Of a stretch of DNA of 64,000 nucleotides, positions 55,651-64,000 are shown in pieces; position 1 is the first letter of the stretch; each line of letters opens with the position of its first letter. This DNA is from the human T2T-CHM13v2.0 reference genome, Homo sapiens. A program made the translations under genes and the position numbers. The stretch lies in assembly GCF_009914755.1 (NCBI RefSeq), contig NC_060925.1; one strand, given 5' to 3'. The notes beneath the pieces were generated by a model. The model made no database searches. It had not been told where the DNA came from and was given only the letters and a program-made list of their open reading frames with translations.

Positions 55651-56959
55651 AAATTTCTTTTCTACTTAAGTAAAAACGTTTCTGTTTTGCAAACAAGTAC
55701 CCTGACTTACACTAGGCACCCTGTTATATGCTTCATAATACATTCTGTACACAATCTCAATTAAAATCTCATGGTTTAAATTTATCATCCAGCTTGTCAA
55801 CTTAATGAAAAGAGGAGCTATTGTCAGTTCTATTTCCTGTAATGTTACTAATACTTAACACAGCTATTGAGACAAACTCTTAATAATTTAATACAGAAAG
55901 AGGTGGGACAAAGGAGTAGGAGAATGAACAAATATAGCTTTTGATAGGTAAAATGAAGAAAAAACAATCTAATGCCGTTACGCCAAATAGAAAATGCTGA
56001 GCTAAAGTGTATATTTTACTCCCTACTATAATGATAATGGAGAGGTTGATGAAAGGCTTGAACAAGAATTTCTCTTTTTAAAAGATTCTGGAAGTTTCAG
56101 AATGCTCACCAGCATACAAAAAAGCTTTGGAGTGCAAATGCAAATTAAGTGTCACTTAACCTTGCAAAAGGAATCTGAAAGTCCTTTGTGAATTGTGATA
56201 GCTTCTCAAAAATCTGCTATTCTAAGAGGACAAATTGTACCCAGTAGCAGATATCACAAGGGAATACTTAGTACAGCATGAACACACAGTGGTTTGTGGT
56301 GCCTTGGAGATAAGTTATTGTCACAAACATAAAAAGTAAACATAGCAATACATGGCCCACGGGATTTTTATTGATTTCAATTTAATTTTTCAAAATTTAT
56401 AAAACCAATCTGAATATAATACTAGAAAGAGAAACTTGGCTGATGAGCTTGTTCCCTGTGCTTTTCAGAAGTTTAGCAATTCTTAAACTGCTTTGAATAG
56501 GCCGACGCAATTGAACTATTTGCATTTATTGTGGGGTAAAGGGGAATGACTTTCAATTTCTTCCAAATAATTTAACCTTCAAAAGAACAAGAAAAAAAAG
56601 GTATAAAATAAGAAAATTACCGGGCTTTTATCAAAAGGCAAGGGACTTGCTACATCTCTAAAATAATTTATTCATTATGACTTCATATATAATCCATGGA
56701 TAAAGTTGAATTCCACACTCCCACACTCAGCTATGAAGGGACACCCTGCTTTTATAATGAGCCTAGTCTTTCATGTATTTTTACCACAACATGCTCAGAT
56801 CTCTTTACTTATTCTTTTTTCTTCCCCTTGTTTCTGAAGTAAGGGTCAAGGAATGCAGGGAGGGGGGGCGTATTTAGGAACTAATTACAAATTCCCCATC
56901 TTTTCCCACTTCCCCACCACTGTTTTATCAAAGAATCTCTTTTATTGCTGCATCTTTAG

Positions 56960-57790
56960 TCGTTATCCTCTCCTTCTTTACCTTTTTATTTTTACAGGTC
57001 TTCTCTGATATACTTAACCCTATTGTCATTTTTACCATTATTTATCAGACACTTCCTTTATATTACCAGCACAAATTTCTTGAGTAAATTGTCTTAGTCA
57101 AATACATTTCTACAATATTTAAGTTCCATAAATGTATGTTACTATGAAAAGCATGCCTCTGAAGTCATTACCTCTGGCTGTCTTTAATGGCTTGCTACAT
57201 GCTTAATCCAAAGATCCTCTTTCATGATTTCTCTGTAGTATTTTTACATTTTTATCAGGTCCTTTTAAAATTTTCCCTCCTAGAATAGCAAGATTGTGTA
57301 TTTTTCTAAATCCTCTAGTACTGACTATTTTCTCTCTCTGTCTCCTTATTGTATTCCTCCTTCTGCATCATAAAACGTGATTCTCAGTAAGAGTCGACCT
57401 TGTCAGAATCACACAGGAAACTTTTCCAGATTATACATATTCTTAGATGTTCTGAGATAACTGGCTTACCCTTCAGGTATCCAGCATAAACAGGTTTAAA
57501 AAAAATCATTGCTAACATCAATCAGTATTGCTGTTGGAAGTATGATGTTTTCATTAGGTGATGTACGCCATTTATTAAAAAGATTGAGAATTACTGTCAA
57601 GTTAAGGAAACATAAGACAAGCATATTGAAAATCTCAATGTTATGGACATATGAACACAAAGCACTTTCACTTTTCTCCAGTTATTCCCTTTAATTGTAC
57701 TAAGTAACATTTTATTTCTACCCCTACATGCAGATATTTTCTATCTTGGGAAGATTCCATCATTCCCTAGTACTTTTTGGTTATTAAAAG
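56960..57790 (+). mobile_element. L2 fragments
   Basis: Pyrimidine-rich degraded sequence (acaaatttcttgagtaaattgtc; tctgaagtcatta; ttttcttaaatcctct). Confidence 0.4.
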
Positions 57791-57797
57791 TTCATCT

Positions 57798-58062
57798 AGG
57801 CTGGTGTGATGGCTCATGCCTGTTAATTCCAGCACTTTGGGAGGGCAAAGCGGGCAGATTACTTGAACTCAGGAGTTTGAGACCAGCCTGGGGAACATGG
57901 TGAAACCCTGTCTCTACAAAAAATAAATTAAAAAAAATTGTCTGGTGTGGTGGTGCACACAAGTAGCCCCAGCTACATTGGAGGCTGAGGTGGGAGAATC
58001 AACTGAGCCCTGAAGTCAGTGAGCTGTGATGACACTGTTGCACTCCAGCCTGGGTGACACAG
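57798..58062 (+). mobile_element. AluJ lacking a poly-A tail
   Basis: ttacttgaactcaggagtttgagaccagcctggg.aacatgg; ctctacaaaaaata; gaggtgggagaatca.ctgagccc; cagtgagctgtgat. Confidence 0.88.
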
Positions 58063-58065
58063 TTA

Positions 58066-59602
<1,537 letters not shown>

Positions 59603-59604
59603 TA

Positions 59605-60555
59605 TTTTGAAACAGGAATGGTGGTGATGCTTCCAACTTTTTTTTTCTTTTTCTTTTTCCTCTGTATTGCTTTGACTACTTGGGGTTTCTTTTTTGGTTC
59701 CATAAGAATTTTAGCATTTTTTTTCTATTTCTGTGAAGAATACCATTGGAATTTTCACAGGGATTGTGTTAAATTTGTATATTGTTTTAAGTATTATTAA
59801 CATTTTAGCAATTTGAGTTCTCAGCCATAAACCCAGTATATATTTACATTTTTTGTGTCTTTTTCAATGTTTTTCATCAATGCTTTATAGCTTTCTGTGT
59901 ACAAATCTCTCATTTCCTAGATTAAATTTATTCCTAGGTATTTGTTTTGATGCTACCATAAATGGGATTATTTTCCTTATTTTCTTCAGGTAGGTTGTTA
60001 TTTGTATATAAAAATGCTATTAATTTTTGTATGTTGATTTTTTGTTCCTGCAACTTTACTGAATTTTTTAGTTCTAACAGTTTCTCTCTCTTTCTCTCTC
60101 TCTGTGTGTGTGTGTGTGTGTCTGTGTGTGTGTGTGTGTGTGCATGTGAAATCTTTGGGGTTTTCTATATATAGGATCATGTCATCTACAAATAAACTAT
60201 TTTATTTATTCCTTTCCAATTTGAATGCTTTTTTTTCTGGCCTGATTGCTATTGTTAGCACTGCTAGTTCTTTGTTGACTAGAAGTGGTGATAGTGGACA
60301 TACTTCTTTTTATATAAAATTTTAAAATTTTCTTCTTAATTTCTTCCTTGACTCATTGGTCATGTTGTTTCATTTCCACATGTTTGCATATTTTCTAAGG
60401 TTCCTCTTGTTATTCATTTGTAGTTTTATTCAACTGTGGTCAGAAAAGTCATTTGATATGATTTCTATTGTTTTAAAAATTTGTTGAGTCTTGTTTTGCA
60501 GCCAATATGTGGTCTATTCTAGAAGATGTTCCGTATGCCCATGAAAATAATGTGT
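59605..60555 (-). mobile_element. L1M (MA/MB) ORF2 fragments containing (TC)n(TG)n at 60083-60143
   Basis: ttctatttctgtgaagaa.accattggaatttt; ttaaatttattcctaggtattt; minus ORF MILYIENPKDFT; ctgtggtcagaaaag.catttgatatgattt. Confidence 0.85.
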
Positions 60556-60692
60556 GCATGTGTATATATATAAAAAATATAATATATAATATATATTAAT
60601 ATGTAATAAATAATTATATATATAATATAATATATATTATATTATATATATAGTATCTACATATATATATACACACACACACACACATACAT
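60556..60692. repeat. AT-rich low complexity and (CA)n
   Basis: atataatatataat... acacacacac. Confidence 0.85.
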
Positions 60693-62316
60693 AGGATACA
60701 GTGAGAGACATAACATGGCTAAAAGATTAATGATGACTAAAAGGCCCATGCAAACATCTTGCAGCATGGACATATTGTGTCACTTAGTCTTGATCACAAC
60801 ACTGAGCTAATCTTAAAAGGAAAAAAGAAGCCTTCAGGAAAATACATTTTGATTTCTGAGCTGAAATTACTAGACATTTCTAGAATTGTAAATGGAAGAA
60901 TTTTTTATTCTAGTAGAAGAGACATTGACAAAGCCAGGGAAATTCTTTAAGTCAGTATCTGAATTAATCTGAATTAGACTATCTGTGGTGGGTTGTACTG
61001 GCTTGGTCTAGAACTGGCTTATAGGTGGTCCATGTATTTTCCCAAGTCCACTGTCACATTGCTAGCTTGAGACCAGCCATGGTAGGGATATGTAGACCAA
61101 GAAATCAGTGCAAGGTCACTTTTAGAACATTCTGTAAGGAGAAGGATTATGCAATATGTGATGAGAAAGGATGTGAGAAGGTCTATGAGGTCATAATTCA
61201 AATAAGGTATGATTTAAATTTAGATTAAAAATTGATGGGGGAAATTAGGTTAATTAGACAGTTGTGAGAAGTATTTAGGAAGTTGATATAGTAATTGTTG
61301 ATTGGAGTTGAGAATTGAAGGGGAGAAAATGGCAAAAGATACCTACATTTCTGGCTTCAGCAATTGAGAGAGTAGTTCCATTTTTGAAAGACATAAAAAT
61401 ATTTTACCAAGAAAAGGCAATGGATCTCCACCATGTAACTCTAATAAACTAAAAAAAAAACCTGATAGATATTATTTCCACTTTGTCTAAGATATGTAGT
61501 TCTAACAAACAATTATTCCTTTCACCTTCAATTTGTAGAGTGGGTAAAAACAATCTGAAGTAGCTGTGCAAGGGAGCTCTATTTTATGTGCAAAGAGAAA
61601 TGCTCTTTGTCCAGGTTAGTTAGTGACTATGAAAAGAGTAAAGTTAGTAATAGGCTTAAGCAAACAAACAGAAAGATTGGTGTGGCTTTATGGAGAGACA
61701 GCTCAAACAAGGGGACAATGTTGAACTAAATGTGGGCTGCTCAAGTTCTTTTGACCACCAGGGATAGGAGACAAGTATACAGCTGGGGTTTGACCAAAAA
61801 GAGAAACTGAGCATGTTCCAGTGTGGATTCCCTAGCATGAAGCCATCAGGCTTAAAGTAGTAATTTCATGCTAAAGAAGACACATTGCAGATGAAATACC
61901 TTGTATTTCTGGACATGACACTTCATGACAATATTTAAAGAAGAGTTTGGGAATAATTTATACCGAAAGGATAAAGACACAAAAGGAAAAAGCAAAGCAT
62001 TTTTTTGACTGATTTAGTCACAGTCCGTGCCAGTAAGTGAAATAGTGAATGGATGTCATGTCTTCTCACAAGTTATAAACATTGACATTTCTGCCTACAA
62101 AACAATGTTATTATTCTCCTAGTGACTTATTTAAAGTCGTTAGACATTTTCACACTAAAGTCATTCAAATTTATTTTTTAAAATATATTTTAAAGATAAT
62201 GAAATCATAGGTAATAATGATCTTAAAACCATCTTGCTACCAAATTAAATCATTTTTACAAACAAAAATTACAACAAAATACATTTCCGCATACATTTTG
62301 GCTTGATGAGCTGAAA

Positions 62317-62317
<1 letters not shown>

Positions 62318-62350
<33 letters not shown>
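62318..62350. repeat. (TG)n microsatellite
   Basis: tgtgtgtg x ~16. Confidence 0.95.
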
Positions 62351-62353
<3 letters not shown>

Positions 62354-63489
62354 AGCCAGTCTGCTATGGTTTAGAGTCAACTTAAGAAATATATTTTTGA
62401 GATTTCTCCATATTCCTTATAGGTTTCTAATTCATAAACTCTATTAGTGAAAAGAAACCGTAAACTATTAGATAATATCCCAACCCACGAACGAGGTATG
62501 TAAAGGAGTATCTGTGGCTCTGAATTCAATTTAACTACTTGCTGGGCTCTTTAACGTAGAAAAATTGTGTGAATCATTTTGATTTGAAAGTGGATTTTGT
62601 TTTGTTTTGTCTTTTTAGACTGCTTTTCAAAACTTACCAGAACAATTCTGGTACTTTGTACACATAGGCACTCTCGATTTTAAATCAAAGGACTGCTGCT
62701 TTGGAGAATTAAATGAAGGGAAGTATTGGTTGTGTTCCTGTTTTGCTTTCACAAGAATGAAATGAAGGAAACAACAGCAAAGAACATTTGTTCATTAAAA
62801 CTGCCTAAAACTTAAGTGAAAAAAAAAGGAATTACTTCCATTCTTCTGGTCAGACTCCAAATTGATTAATTGCATTGTTGTCTTCTTACAGTTTCTTTCT
62901 AGCTTCAGCTATAGCTGTTATTTTTCTCTATCCCTCTGCTGAACTACAGTGCAGTTTCTGTATGCATAATGTGAGACGGTGAATTGTTTTACACTCCAGA
63001 GTGAGGAGAGGAAAGGAGGAGGGAAAGGAGATGGGCTCTACTCTTTTCTCTAATTCTAAGAATACTATATAATTTAATCTTTGCCTAGTTTATAACAAAA
63101 CAAAAGTGCTATTGTTTATGTGATATCATTTTCTCTATGATAAAATTATTTGCCTCCAGACACTCCCTATGATAAAAAGATATGATATAATACTAAACTT
63201 ATGATCGAATACATCTTCAACAAAATGATCGAGTACATATTTAGTTAATCCATAGAAGGCCAGGAAGGCAAATAATTAAATATGTTATAAAGTGTTTACA
63301 TAAGTGCTTCTTATGCAAGGTTTTAAGTCATTTTCTTTAGCCTGTAGGGGCTCCTTAACTATGAGAATTGGAAGACCCTGCAGTGTATGGACATAATTTT
63401 TTTTCTTCACATAGAGAATAGTGTTATAGAAAACCTTAGTCAACTTCAGTCTACCAAATGATTTGCAATGTTGTAACATCATTCTATAA

Positions 63490-63915
63490 ATATACTAAAG
63501 ATAAAAATATATATACCAATGCCTCAACAGAAATATATACATAAGTGCACCAAAAAGGTATATGGATGTTCATAGCAATAGAAAACACTATAATTACATG
63601 TAACAAAAGTAAAACAAACAATTCCAGTTTTATAATTCCAATTAATAAATAGTTCAAAAGAGATAATACTAATTTAAGGTGTTGTAAGGATGAGATGGTG
63701 ATTGAAAGCAGGCTTGAGAGGGGCTTCTGAAGCTCCTATTAATATAATATAATATAATATAATATAATATAATATAATATAATATAATGTGTGTATGTAT
63801 GCATCTGGCTTTTGGTTACTTGGCTATATTCACTGTGTGAAAATGCATTCATCTATATAAATATGATTTGTGGCACTTTCTGTACATATATTATTAACAA
63901 CAACATATTGATTAA
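63490..63915 (+). mobile_element. L1ME-like 3' end with (TAATA)n at 63740-63788
   Basis: gtgcaccaaaaaggtata.ggatgttcatagca; gcttgagaggggcttctg; tattcactgtgtgaaaatgcat..tatgatttgtg.cactttctgta. Confidence 0.7.
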
Positions 63916-63944
63916 AATCATTAATATATTCACTAATGCCAGCC

Positions 63945-64000
63945 GATCAGTTAAAATGGCTTTTATCCAAAAGTCAGGCAATAACTAATGCTGGTGAGGA
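63945..64000 (+). mobile_element. Start of an L1MA/PB ORF2-end fragment running off the window
   Basis: cagttaaaatggcttttatccaaaagtcaggcaataac.aatgctggtgagga. Confidence 0.8.

Noticed and set aside
56100-56200. Octamer ATGCAAAT near a SOX-like cctttgtg in repeat-free sequence (possible enhancer)
   Set aside because: Short motifs are expected by chance in AT-rich DNA, and no conservation data are available.

Overview
AT-rich, gene-poor primate (human/hominoid-like) non-coding DNA. No protein-coding gene, tRNA or rRNA is supported; the listed ORFs are repeat-derived or chance frames. About half the window is recognisable transposon relics: LTR1, two Tigger1, a full THE1A provirus, MER9, LTR12C, LTR40 with an env relic, THE1B, MLT1/MLT2, Tigger3, Cheshire, MADE1, many L1/L2/MIR pieces and 10 Alus. 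The standout is a ~5.3 kb TSD-flanked, A-tailed insertion at 16964-22289 that looks like a retrocopied 3'UTR, later hit by LTR12C and an L1PA fragment. It holds an inverted Alu pair ~320 bp apart in which both copies carry about 27 T>C changes on the + strand (A>G on the - strand). This pattern is what ADAR A-to-I hyper-editing of an inverted-Alu hairpin would leave if the edited mRNA were reverse-transcribed into the germline with a 5' inversion. Repeat family calls are by eye from remembered consensus sequences, not from a database search.
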